Part shown: in pieces, positions 54,376 through 64,000 of the stretch
How the letters are laid out: each line of letters starts with the position of its first letter
Numbering within the stretch: the stretch's first letter is position 1
Origin: Tetramitus jugosus
Taxonomy: Eukaryota > Protista > Heterolobosea
DNA: 64,000 nt
Reading direction: 5' to 3'
NCBI GenBank assembly: GCA_937625935.1
Contig: OW569347.1
Span: 558,001 to 622,000 of the forward strand
Translations under genes and position numbers: made by a program
The notes under the pieces: model-generated
Told to the model about the DNA's origin: nothing
Databases searched by the model: none
What the model saw: only the letters and a program-made list of their open reading frames with translations

Positions 54376-56748
54376 TTATTGATCCATTAGAAATCCGAAT
54401 TGGTCTTTTTCTTCTTGTAATTTCTCATAGTGATGGCGAAGAAGAGCAATGAGACGTCGCAAATGCAGCTCAATTCCCGAATCTGAGATGCTAGTATTGA
54501 ACAAAACGTCATCAGTGCAATTGTCATCACAATATCTTGCGAGGCAATGTTCAATACTTTCTTGTACCTCTTCTTTTTCGACTGTTGTCATCCCAGATTT
54601 TTCATAGGCAGACTTACAAAGTTTCTCGATAATGAAACGACATGCTGCTCCGACTGGTGCATCCTCACCACAACTCTTTTCAATATCACTGGCAAAACAG
54701 TCAACAAGTGTATCGATCCTATCCTCAAAATCAGCAACCCGTAGAGACACAACTGAGGGACAGTGAATGAGGATATTCATGAATTCGACTGCATGGAGCT
54801 CTACGCTCGACCGATTTTGATAAGAGTACCTGCTGATTGTTAAGAAGAAAAATCTCAATTGATTCATGCGATAGGGGAAAATGACAGGAGCGTAGAGGAG
54901 AGTAACACTCCTTAACTTTGGACAGTGATGGAAGATCGAATCACTTGGTAGGGTAGTGAACTCACATTTGAGTGTGTGCAAGTTTGGACAATGTTCAAGC
55001 ATCCATTCCACATAAACTCCTGCAATTGCTCCCTGATAAGTAAAATCCTCTAAATTGAAATGTCCATAAAATTTGCGGTCTGATGGACCAATTTGATAGG
55101 TGCTAACTCCTTGATGCATTGATCCTTGTATCGCAAGTTTTTTGAGGTTTTCAGGCTGAAGCTGTAGAATAGTGGGTATGAGAGTAGAAGCGCTACACTT
55201 GATTGAAAGTTCGATTAATCCATGACATGTGGTCAAAATATCGCTGGCATCTGTTGGAGTTATCTCGCTATGAATTGCCAGCTGTTGGAGGGTAGTACAT
55301 GCACCAAGAACTTGTTTGATCGAGAGACCACTCAGTTGTTTGAATGCTAACTTTTGCATCTTGCTGAACAAGTGAAGTTCATAGTCTCTCACTTCAATGT
55401 TATATTCCTCAGCAGAAAATGATCTTACACAACGATTACCACATAAATATCCAAAGCGTACGAGTGGTGTTTCATTGTAGTAATAGTAATAGTGGCTGTC
55501 GTGTGTGTATCTCATTTCTTCGATAACTAAAGGACAAGGGACGCTGTTATCCGCCGAGATAGAAACCGCCGAGATTGTTTCACCCCGCTTCGTTGTCACT
55601 TTGAGGCATTTCAATGAATCTCTCAGAATATCGATGATTCGAGGCACAAGCTGCCCCGTACTTTTAATCATGTAATGATCGAGCTCAAGAGTAGCAAGTT
55701 TTGGACAACCCCGAATCATCTCTAAAATATTCCCATTGTCAAGATCCTCGTGAGATGAATGAGCTGGTGCAATCAAGATAAAGTTCTCTAGTTGCTTACA
55801 ATGTTGTCCTAACACTGCAAACAATTCTATTTTGGCTGGGATAGATTGAATGGACAACGATCGTAAATTTGATGCAATCCTGCATAGTCTTACTATGAAT
55901 TCTAAACAGACAGGAGATTGGTGATGTTGTGTCACGCGTGCACGATGATACTCAATTGTCTCTAAACATGGATACTCAGTCATCATGTCATTATCGTGCT
56001 CTGTTTTTTCCAAAATTTGGAGTTGTTCATTAGACGTGATGTACTTGTTGCTCAAGTGCTGGTGCACAAAGAAAAACAATCTGAACTCCTTGAGTTGTTC
56101 ACATGATTGAAAAACAGCTCTCAAGCACTCCAAATCGACCATTGTACAATGGATGGACAGAGATTGAAGGTTATGGAGTATTTCGGGTTCATTCACACTC
56201 AATTTCTTTAACATGTCATGAATGAAGACCGAGTAATCCAAGGATTGCATACCAACAAACTGAATGCTTCTGAATTGACACACTTTGATCAATTCATAGA
56301 GATAATTGAATTGAACTTGACTCAAAGAATGGTAACCATCTGACGACTCGTGAGTCTCTTCCTGGAGTTCTTCCATGGTTTCCTCTTCTTCTCCAGTATA
56401 AGCTGATTGATCAGCACTGGTCTTATCACTGGTAGTTAAGTCTTGTTGCTCCTGTAATGGTTCTTGCTGCTGCATCAAAATACTTCGATTGAACATTTGC
56501 TTGTTGCGCAACACAATCTGTATCTTGTCATACTGCCAGAACTCTGAGGAATGAACTCTGTAGTACATGTGACTGTTCAGCAACGACAACAGATAAAAGT
56601 AAAAGTAGACTGCAGAGAGAGAAGATTGAGCCGGTTCAGATGAAAATGAATTGTCAAACAGAAAGGCGCCCACTTGATGGTAAATCTCCGTTGGCAGTAT
56701 ATCAAAACCAATGACACAGTTTGCCTCGTGGTCGTAATCCTCAGTCAT
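54376..56748 (-). CDS. F-box-like / RNI-type LRR protein
   Basis: FDILPTEIYHQVGAFL F-box-like; repeated CPKLATLEL, CPNLHTL, CPKLRSV units. Confidence 0.7.
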   Translation of the reverse strand: MTEDYDHEANCVIGFDILPTEIYHQVGAFLFDNSFSSEPAQSSLSAVYFYFYLLSLLNSHMYYRVHSSEFWQYDKIQIVLRNKQMFNRSILMQQQEPLQEQQDLTTSDKTSADQSAYTGEEEETMEELQEETHESSDGYHSLSQVQFNYLYELIKVCQFRSIQFVGMQSLDYSVFIHDMLKKLSVNEPEILHNLQSLSIHCTMVDLECLRAVFQSCEQLKEFRLFFFVHQHLSNKYITSNEQLQILEKTEHDNDMMTEYPCLETIEYHRARVTQHHQSPVCLEFIVRLCRIASNLRSLSIQSIPAKIELFAVLGQHCKQLENFILIAPAHSSHEDLDNGNILEMIRGCPKLATLELDHYMIKSTGQLVPRIIDILRDSLKCLKVTTKRGETISAVSISADNSVPCPLVIEEMRYTHDSHYYYYYNETPLVRFGYLCGNRCVRSFSAEEYNIEVRDYELHLFSKMQKLAFKQLSGLSIKQVLGACTTLQQLAIHSEITPTDASDILTTCHGLIELSIKCSASTLIPTILQLQPENLKKLAIQGSMHQGVSTYQIGPSDRKFYGHFNLEDFTYQGAIAGVYVEWMLEHCPNLHTLKCEFTTLPSDSIFHHCPKLRSVTLLYAPVIFPYRMNQLRFFFLTISRYSYQNRSSVELHAVEFMNILIHCPSVVSLRVADFEDRIDTLVDCFASDIEKSCGEDAPVGAACRFIIEKLCKSAYEKSGMTTVEKEEVQESIEHCLARYCDDNCTDDVLFNTSISDSGIELHLRRLIALLRHHYEKLQEEKDQFGFLMDQ

Positions 56749-56926
56749 TTATCTGCTTTTTTGGTTGTTTTTTTTTGTTCCTTTGTAAATTTGTCAAACA
56801 ACAGATTGAAGAGCCTCCTGTCGTTCGAGACTTGAACTCGTCGAACAATGGTTTATTTCCACCCTCAACTCTTGCCTTTGTGGTAGGGAATCTGTGCGAC
56901 AGAAATGTTGCACGTTGCTCTCAGCA

Positions 56927-57271
56927 CTAACGCACCCTCTTTTTGTTCGAACAGCGGGACTTTTTTGATTGTTTGCCCGCTTGAGGGCCTAGTTTATCTC
57001 TTGGAGCAGAGTCCTCTTGGAGCAACTCTTTGGCAGCCTGCTCAGCTTCTTGATGTTTAGCGATGAACGCCTCAAACTTTTGAACTCTTTCTTCATTCGA
57101 AGCTTCAAGCACTCTATACTTCTTAAAGAAGAACACCATCTCATCTACGCTCAACCTTCTACCAAGAGCATGAACAAAAGGATTTGATGCTATGTCCTTT
57201 GTGAGTCCTTGTCGATGGAGAAGTTGATAGACCTCTGCCATTTGAATTTCTATTTTAGATTGAGCTTCCAT
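56927..57271 (-). CDS. Short hypothetical protein sharing its first 13 aa with the 57786-58841 gene
   Basis: MEAQSKIEIQMAE identical in both ORFs; the remainder is unrelated. Confidence 0.45.
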   Translation of the reverse strand: MEAQSKIEIQMAEVYQLLHRQGLTKDIASNPFVHALGRRLSVDEMVFFFKKYRVLEASNEERVQKFEAFIAKHQEAEQAAKELLQEDSAPRDKLGPQAGKQSKKSRCSNKKRVR

Positions 57272-57378
57272 TGCTTTTATTACTTATGTATCTGTTGTTT
57301 TATCGGCAATCGGGTTTCCTACTAACTTTTTGGCAATCGTACTTCGTAGACGATTAGCGCAAAAATTTCTGGCGGAGC
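57233..57378. repeat. Direct repeat copy 1 (upstream region plus first 13 codons)
   Basis: Near-identical to 58803-58941 (offset about 1570); CTCTGCCATTTGAATTTCTATTTTAGATTGAGCTTCCATTGCTTTTATTACT is identical. Confidence 0.9.
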
Positions 57379-57785
57379 TGATTTTTTTATGTTTTTCCGG
57401 TTCATGTCAATTGGTTATGGGCATGTAGTGATGGCTGTTATTGGTGTTTGGGGATCTTTTTGATGGTCGTGTTTCTGAGCATGCTACTCCGTTGTTGCGT
57501 AAGCACTGAGGTAGAAAACCTCTCGCCAATCGATTTTTAGTAGATTCACTGTGGTTCTTCGACGAGCCAGTCTAATGTGAATCACATCGAATCGTTAACG
57601 AATAGCCGTCTTACTGTCACGACTCGGTCCTTGACATTTGAACTTGAAGCTGGATGATTCATACAATTCTCACAAAAACGACACTTCTAAATCAGCTGGT
57701 GAATGAACTTGCTGAGTAATCTCTCCGCTTTATTATTCAATCGATTTCTTTGTTCTTCTTAACACAATAAGAAAAAGTTGTTTCA

Positions 57786-58841
57786 CTAAGGCAGCTCTGG
57801 CAAACAACCAATGTTGATAGCATGAAAATGGTTTTCATCTAGATAGGACAAGATATTCGGAACCACGTCTTTCAGTAAGTTATCTACAATAAATTTCCTG
57901 ATGAACAAACAATCCCTTGTGGGGTTTCCAGAAAAAGATGGAGAAACGAATCCCACATAACGTGGACGTAATTTGCTGTACCCAGCAACAAATACTATTT
58001 GTCGCTCAAGTTGTAACAATTTGGCTTTAAGAGCATGAGGGTTCCTCATTAGATTGGACATTGTTCCTTCGATAACACCACAATTATCCTTATCTCGAAT
58101 CCAATAATTGAGTTGAATAGAAGGGGGTTTTGTTCCTAGTTTTCTCTCCAATCCAAGACTAGCAACATGCATTCCATAGTCCGTTTTTTTTAGTTTTTCG
58201 ATTGCTCCAAATCCTCTTCGAACATCAATATCTTCTTGGTCACGATAAAATTGAATTGGTCTCAACTTCTTGTCGACCATCCATTCATATTTTTGTGCGA
58301 GTGTCTTCTCCAAATCCTTTCTAATCAAGAGTTCGTAGTTCGAGGTCGCTTTCAATTCAAGACCTTCTATTTTCAATTCAAGACCTTCTATTTTCAATTC
58401 AAGACCTTCTATTACTTCGAGTACTTGCTGTAAGGTGTCATCCACTTTTTGCAAAGTTTCAGCTTTATGTTTTTCCAACTTTTCTTCTTGCACACTGAGT
58501 ATTACATTCATGTTCTCCTGGTGATCCGTACTCATTTTGTTCATTCTTGCTTCAAACTCCCCTTGAAGTTTTTCCATCTGTTGTTGATGTTCTCTGCTCT
58601 TATCATCCATTCGTTTTTCAAACTGCTCGTGAAACTCTTTCATCCCCTTCAGAAAAACTTGTTGGAACTTCATCATGCCTTCTAGGTTGAATTCTGAGCG
58701 ATCAGTACCTGGTTTCTTTGTTTCCTCTATCTTGAGTTCCTCACAACGTTGGGATGCTTGATTTTCTTGTGCTTTCTGAGGCACAGAGGGTTGAATGGAG
58801 ATCTCTGCCATTTGAATTTCTATTTTAGATTGAGCTTCCAT
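57786..58841 (-). CDS. Coiled-coil protein with a C-terminal PD-(D/E)xK/REase-like domain
   Basis: Long heptad region with (IEGLELK)x3, then IQLNYW...GVIEGT...KLLQLERQI...YVGFVSP. Confidence 0.55.
   Translation of the reverse strand: MEAQSKIEIQMAEISIQPSVPQKAQENQASQRCEELKIEETKKPGTDRSEFNLEGMMKFQQVFLKGMKEFHEQFEKRMDDKSREHQQQMEKLQGEFEARMNKMSTDHQENMNVILSVQEEKLEKHKAETLQKVDDTLQQVLEVIEGLELKIEGLELKIEGLELKATSNYELLIRKDLEKTLAQKYEWMVDKKLRPIQFYRDQEDIDVRRGFGAIEKLKKTDYGMHVASLGLERKLGTKPPSIQLNYWIRDKDNCGVIEGTMSNLMRNPHALKAKLLQLERQIVFVAGYSKLRPRYVGFVSPSFSGNPTRDCLFIRKFIVDNLLKDVVPNILSYLDENHFHAINIGCLPELP
58350..58412. repeat. Perfect 21-bp tandem repeat x3 (heptad IEGLELK)
   Basis: TTTCAATTCAAGACCTTCTAT occurs three times without mismatch. 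Confidence 0.95.
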
Positions 58842-58941
58842 TGCTTTTATTACTCACTTATCTGTTGTTTTATCAGCAATCGTGGGACTTACTAACTTTT
58901 TGGTAATCGTACTTCGACGACCAGCGCCAAATCTGTCGGAC
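58803..58941. repeat. Direct repeat copy 2
   Basis: Matches 57233-57378; its upstream part lies in the divergent gap shared with OTUD6B. Confidence 0.9.
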
Positions 58942-59002
58942 TTTTACTCGGAGAAAAAATTCAAGTCAAAAAACAAAACAACAAAGAACAACAACAAACA
59001 AA

Positions 59003-60061
59003 ATGGACGCAGAGGAACAAGAAGAATATCAACAACTCCTTCTCAAACACAAACAAGAATTGGAAGATTTTGAGCGTCATTTCAATGCTCAAATCGAATC
59101 AGCCAATCCCTCTCTCAAAAAAAAATTAAATCAACGTTTTCCAAAAGAAAAAAACGCACTGGAAGAACGACAATACGAAGAATTATTGCCCTATAAACTA
59201 AGTGGACTATTGACTTTTTCAGATACCACTACTACTACTACTACTCACAATAAGAGTAACAACAACAGTCATCATCATCATCATAGTAGTCACAATAATC
59301 ATAATAGTAACAATCATAGTAGTAATAGTAGTAAAGAAGAACAAGCAAAACAAAAAAAGAGAGACAAGAATAAGAAAAAGGCTGATTCAAAGAAAAAAAA
59401 ACAGGATGAAATGAGAAAACAAGTGCAAGATGAGTTTGAGAGAGAAGGTGGAGTCACGATGCGAATGAAAGAGTTGCAAGCCATTCTCAATCAACTCAAT
59501 CCACTCCATCTTTCGATACATGAGATTGAGTCTGATGGTCATTGTTTGTACAGAGCAGTGTGTCATCAACTGTTGTTGCAATCAACAGCATCAAAAATGG
59601 TGAATCATGTTGAAAATGATGGACAAAATGAGGATGGTGAGAATGATGATGAACATGTGATGATTGAAGAAAAGACGAAAACGACAACAATCAATCATTT
59701 GCAATTGAGAAAACTAGTGGCCAATTATTTGAGAGAAAACAAGAATGATTTCATTTATTTTATGGAGACAGAGGACGGTGATATCATGGACGATGCACAA
59801 TATGAGAATTATTGTAAAACGGTAGAGTCGTCTTCCGAGTGGGGAGGTCAGATTGAGCTCAGAGCCATTGCGTTCATTCTTCAAAAACCGATTCGCATCT
59901 TCCAACAGAGTCAGCAACCAATTCTCATGGGAGAGGAGTTTGTGGATCCGAGTGATCCTGAACAAGGTGTTTTGTCAGTGTCGTATCATCGCAGTTATTA
60001 CTCACTGGGAGAGCATTACAATTCCATTATTGAGACACCAAAGGAAGAAGAACCATTGTAA
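59003..60061 (+). CDS. OTUD6B: OTU deubiquitinase, OTUD6B/Otu2-like
   Basis: N-terminal KHKQE coiled coil, IESDGHCLYRAV, WGGQIEL, SYHRSYYSLGEHYNS. Confidence 0.92.
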   Translation: MDAEEQEEYQQLLLKHKQELEDFERHFNAQIESANPSLKKKLNQRFPKEKNALEERQYEELLPYKLSGLLTFSDTTTTTTTHNKSNNNSHHHHHSSHNNHNSNNHSSNSSKEEQAKQKKRDKNKKKADSKKKKQDEMRKQVQDEFEREGGVTMRMKELQAILNQLNPLHLSIHEIESDGHCLYRAVCHQLLLQSTASKMVNHVENDGQNEDGENDDEHVMIEEKTKTTTINHLQLRKLVANYLRENKNDFIYFMETEDGDIMDDAQYENYCKTVESSSEWGGQIELRAIAFILQKPIRIFQQSQQPILMGEEFVDPSDPEQGVLSVSYHRSYYSLGEHYNSIIETPKEEEPL

Positions 60062-60154
60062 AACAACTTGAAGAGCAACAAACACAAAAGATGGATTCAG
60101 AAACTGTCTGTCTTTGCTCTTGGCAATAAAAAAAGTTCGCATTAGAATTTTATT

Positions 60155-60603
60155 TTACATGAAACGGGAAGTTGTTGGTGGTGCTGCGGTGGTTGTTCCT
60201 TCTGTGGTAGAAGCATCTGTTTCTGATGCGTTCACCTCTGCAACTTCAATCTTTGGTCGCCATTGCACTGGATGTCTCTTGTACAGAGGCCAACCTGGAA
60301 TCGTTAACAGGAGTGACAGAACAAATCCACAGCTATAAATGATCAGTGCCTTGGAAAATTGTTGAGTGGAGAAACCGTACACGACACCCACAACCTGCAA
60401 GAGAACAAGTAAAACATAAAGCAAATATTTCCATATGGGGTCAAAATAATAATCAGAGTCAGTAAAAAAAGTTTTTGATCAACAAATTCAGAATGAAGCA
60501 TCAGTGACGAGTGAAAGGAATCACGTACAGCTGAACCGATCAAAATATATTGATATAGCTTTTCACAGAGCTCTTGACCTCTGAAATCAATACTTTTCAT
60601 CAT
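60155..60603 (-). CDS. SPCS1: Signal peptidase complex subunit SPC12; intron 60395-60528
   Basis: DFRGQELCEKLYQ joined to VVGVVYGF..QQFS...IPGWPLYKRHPVQW. Confidence 0.92.
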
Positions 60604-60684
60604 TTTTGTTTTTGTTTTTTGTTTTGGGAGCGGAATAATTGATTGATCTCTGGAACTCCTGTTGGAATGAATACAATGAGTGAA

Positions 60685-62291
60685 TTATCGTTTCTTTATG
60701 GTTGGACGGAGGAGGTGTTGTTTGTGGAGTGAAGTGGATTGAATTTCCCGAAGTGCATCCAAGTTGTTTGTCAACAATTGAAGCATCTTCTGTGTTTCTT
60801 CTTGTTTCATGGTCAATACTCGTATTTGTTTCTCCATGATCGTCATGAGTTCTTCAGTTTGGTCACGAACCAACATGGAATGATCACTGTCCTGTCCATC
60901 GAGAGAATCTTTGACTCCATGACCGCCACTGGAGGTCAATAGCTGCAGCTCGTACCTTGCACGTACTTCCTTGTACGATTTTGATATTGTTAAACTGGGT
61001 AGGGCAATCAACAGTACTCCCATCATCATTATCGTTGATGCAACAACTTTTCCTTGAGCTGTAATGGGTGCAAACTCCTCGGACATTCCAATTCTAACAA
61101 GACAACACAAGGGTTAAGATCTCAACAGTTCACAATAGATGACAAAGCAAGACAACATACGTTGTTAAGACACTGATAGACCACCACATGGAAGAAGGAA
61201 TAGAATTGAATGGTGAAGTGGTACCATTCGGTCGCAAATAATTCTTCTTCACAGGATCATAGTATCCTCTTTCTAAATAGTGCATCAGTGTACTAGAGAT
61301 GACCATAGCAAACACAACAAACACAATAATCGATGCCAACACGTCCATGCTCTTATGGATGGCCTGAAATATCAAATTCAACTTTTCAGAGTATCGCATC
61401 AGTCGTAGCAATCGAAACAGTCTCAACACCTTGAACACTGACAAAATCTGCACTCGTTCATCGTACAATCCTAACAAGAACAGTGTCATCTCGACATAGA
61501 ATGGACTAAATGACAACAAATCAACCAAATTCATTGGAGCTAACCACAACAATCATCGAACAACAATTTTGATTAGAAATTAACACTTTTCTCAACGGAG
61601 AAAACTAAAGGTTAAAGCTTAAGATCATACCTTTGATAAAATAAAACATCTTCTTAATGTTCCATCCCGTACCACACCACGCATACATCCTTGCTACATA
61701 CTCTGAAGAAAGCAACAATATAATCACTGACTCAATCATTGTAAACACAATGGTAAACTTTCGATCATGAAATTGAGGCAACGACTCCAAAATGACCAAC
61801 ATTGTCGAAACAACAATCGACAAAAAGATGACAATATGAATGCACTGTGAATAAATGGAGTGTTTTGGGTTTTCCAACAATTGAAATAGCTTGTACGGCA
61901 GTGATGATTGTAGCTCTAATGATGGAGGTAAATCATCAAAAGGATAACTTGATAAAGGTGGTGGATTGGCGTTACATTGTTGCTTGTTGGGATATTGGTT
62001 GTGTCGATAGTAGCTTGACTTTTTTGGTTGTGCTGAAAAGCTCTGATTTTTTTCATTGTTAATGTTGCTGTTAAGGGATGTTGTTCGTATCGTTGTGTGG
62101 TCAACTGATGTCGTAGTTGTTGTGCTCGGTGAGAGCAATGGATGCTGCGTTTGATCTTCCATTGAGTCATGGTCAATTAGCAATGGTTCTACTCTTGGAT
62201 TGGAAGGGTCATCTTCAAGATTGAAATCGTTCGTCGGATTCGGCAGTAGATGGCCACTCGGCGCGAAAATCAAGGTCTCAAAGTCAGACAT
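60685..62291 (-). CDS. Voltage-gated K+ channel family (6TM) subunit with a non-canonical filter; introns 61540-61630 and 61094-61160
   Basis: LLENPKHS S1 entry, NLVDLLSFSPFY S3, S4 KVLRLFRLLRLMRY, PFNSIPSSMWWSISVLTT pore helix, S6 GVLLIALP, C-terminal coiled coil. Confidence 0.88.
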
Positions 62292-62857
62292 CGTAATAGA
62301 AATTCGACACTGCTCTATCTACTTTTTATTTTCTTCCAAACAAGAGGGAACCAATTGCTTGGCACGCAAAGAGGAATTCTGGGAAAAGTGAGCAAGACAT
62401 GTGTCATCCACCCGGAGTGGAAGGTTCGATTTGCAAACGTGTTGTATCGGATGAGGTCGGAGTATATGGGAAATTATTGTCGGGGAGTGGGAGCACAACC
62501 ACCATCATTCAAATTCCACTCACTCTCGTTCAATTCGGATTCATTCAGAGCTGTTCTGTTACAGTATGGTACCAGACTATGAATTAGAAAAATTCAGACT
62601 CATCAGACCATACAACTTGGTTCACTTTACACCAACAATGTACACAACCAGAAAACAGTTTGTTGGAAAATCAGATAAGGTACGATCATTCAGAAGGTAT
62701 TGTGTTCTATATGTCAATGGTGTGGTTCTGCTCATCATTTGTGCCACAGTCATGTATTTTATTGCTGTTGAATGTGAATACCAATCATTGCCAGTATCTA
62801 CTGTCCTATATAAATCTGGAGTAGTACCAAGTTATAGATACTTAAAAACTATAAGTT

Positions 62858-63611
62858 TCATGATTCATCCATCCATATCTCCATAACATTATAAACTGCA
62901 CGATCTATTTCTTTCAAATCTGACAGTGAGCAGTGCTTCTCAAAGGTAGTCACACGCCGCAACAATGTGGTTGTATCGCACTCACATACGCGTTGATTGA
63001 TCTGTAGTAAACATTGCTTATACGCATCAAACGCCTTCTTTGTATCTGTAACGGCTAAAGTATGAGTTATCTTATCTGAGCTTTCCAATGTATACTTTGT
63101 TCGAGTAAATCCATGTTGCTACTGTAGAAGATCAATGGTTTCTCGACAATATTGTTTTTCACCTCTGGAATAGCTGCTGGCATATCAAGGGTGATTTCTG
63201 ATTCATCGTTGCCCTTTTCACTTTCAACTTGTTCTGTTCGGGACTAACAATCAGCTTCTTGGAGGTCCTCAATGCACAATACTTGAAGCTATCGATACCC
63301 ACATTAGTATCAATCTTCATTATACCAAGATATGTTACATCGAATAGATAATAACATGATGCATCAACAAGAGCAAAAATAAATTGTGGTCGAGAGCCTG
63401 CGAATGTCACTGATATAGCACTATATTGTTCGTGAATGGTGGACTCCATTTCCCAAAGGCGTTTTAGCCAATTATATGCCACCATGCAATCTCCAGCGTT
63501 TGGTAGTGATATGTGATTGTTATTGCATTGTACGAACGTTCTTATAACGAGTATGTAGAACTCTACCAGCTCCTTGGGCAGAAAGTCAAAATTTGCCGTG
63601 GATGGTGGCAT
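62858..63611 (-). pseudogene. Disrupted F-box-like ORF
   Basis: FDFLPKELVEFYIL F-box-like start; coding-like sequence appears to continue past the stop at 63159 in another frame with an in-frame stop. Confidence 0.3.
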
Positions 63612-64000
63612 GTGGCTGTTGTTTCGTCTCCCGTGTCGTGAAACGCTAGAAATTTCCATAAACTCCACAAGAAAAACAAGAACATGAGCCATTTAGAAAC
63701 AAGCCGTCCCTCCGACTCACCCCAGAAGACAAACCACAAGCACACAAACCATCAACAATGCTCACCACAAGCGTTGAAGAGTAGGGTGGCTGACCAACCG
63801 AATGCTCTTGGTTGGTACTTTCGCTTAAGACCGTCATCAACCTACTTCTATCATTTTTACTTTACAGACAATCCCGATACTCAGAAACTCAACTACAAAC
63901 TGCACAGTTGTGATAGATATATTGACAAGTACTATGTTGTGAAGAGAAAGGACAATGGGGACTCTTCTATTAAGGAGGACTACTGGATCAAACATAGATA

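Noticed and set aside
56818-56829. 12-bp match CTGTCGTTCGAG to the Fanzor remnant (reverse complement near 40241-40252)
   Set aside because: Matches of this length are expected by chance in 64 kb and there is no extension.
53580-58412. CRISPR-like arrays (66-bp and 21-bp periodic repeats)
   Set aside because: Both are in-frame coding tandem repeats without unique spacers.
62420-62440. B-box-like GGTTCGATT
   Set aside because: No cloverleaf or A-box context; imperfect consensus.
1-64000. Numerous short overlapping ORFs and TTG/GTG-initiated N-terminal extensions in the ORF track
   Set aside because: The sequence is eukaryotic. These are antisense or off-frame shadows, intron read-ins or non-ATG starts, so gene models were rebuilt from ATGs and splice sites.

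Overview
Gene-dense eukaryotic (protist) nuclear DNA. It has short GT-AG introns (about 58-220 nt, GTATGT/GTAAGT donors, CTAAC-type branch points), small intergenic gaps, AATAAA signals and Q/N/S/T low-complexity tracts. The style suggests an amoeboid or heterolobosean-like protist, which is inference only. About 38 protein genes are supported. They include a complete Dicer, DPP3, a PH-AGC (Akt/PKB-like) kinase, SF3A3, nicolin-1, RPB10, NDUFAF5, USP12/46, an ML-domain/cathepsin B fusion, NOP58, two tandem ATG18/WIPI PROPPINs, a TBC-TLDc protein, a Cdc7/SepA-like kinase, OTUD6B, SPCS1 and a Kv-type channel. Three tRNA genes are present (Gln-TTG, Glu-CTC, iMet). The most notable signal is at 39.9-40.3 kb. 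There, a Fanzor/TnpB C-terminal remnant (Zn-finger half plus RuvC-III RDxNAAxN) overlaps a ~115-nt multi-helix, pseudoknot-capable RNA, a candidate omegaRNA. The remnant lies directly downstream of tRNA-Glu and is embedded antisense in the 3' end of a host ORF. Other oddities are a Kv channel whose filter reads TIGMS instead of TVGYG, a coiled-coil/PD-(D/E)xK-like gene sharing a duplicated promoter and N-terminus with an unrelated ORF, and a possible tyrosine-recombinase relic beside tRNA-Gln. All protein calls come from motif recognition by eye; no searches were run. Many ORF-track starts are TTG/GTG artefacts and were re-set to ATG.
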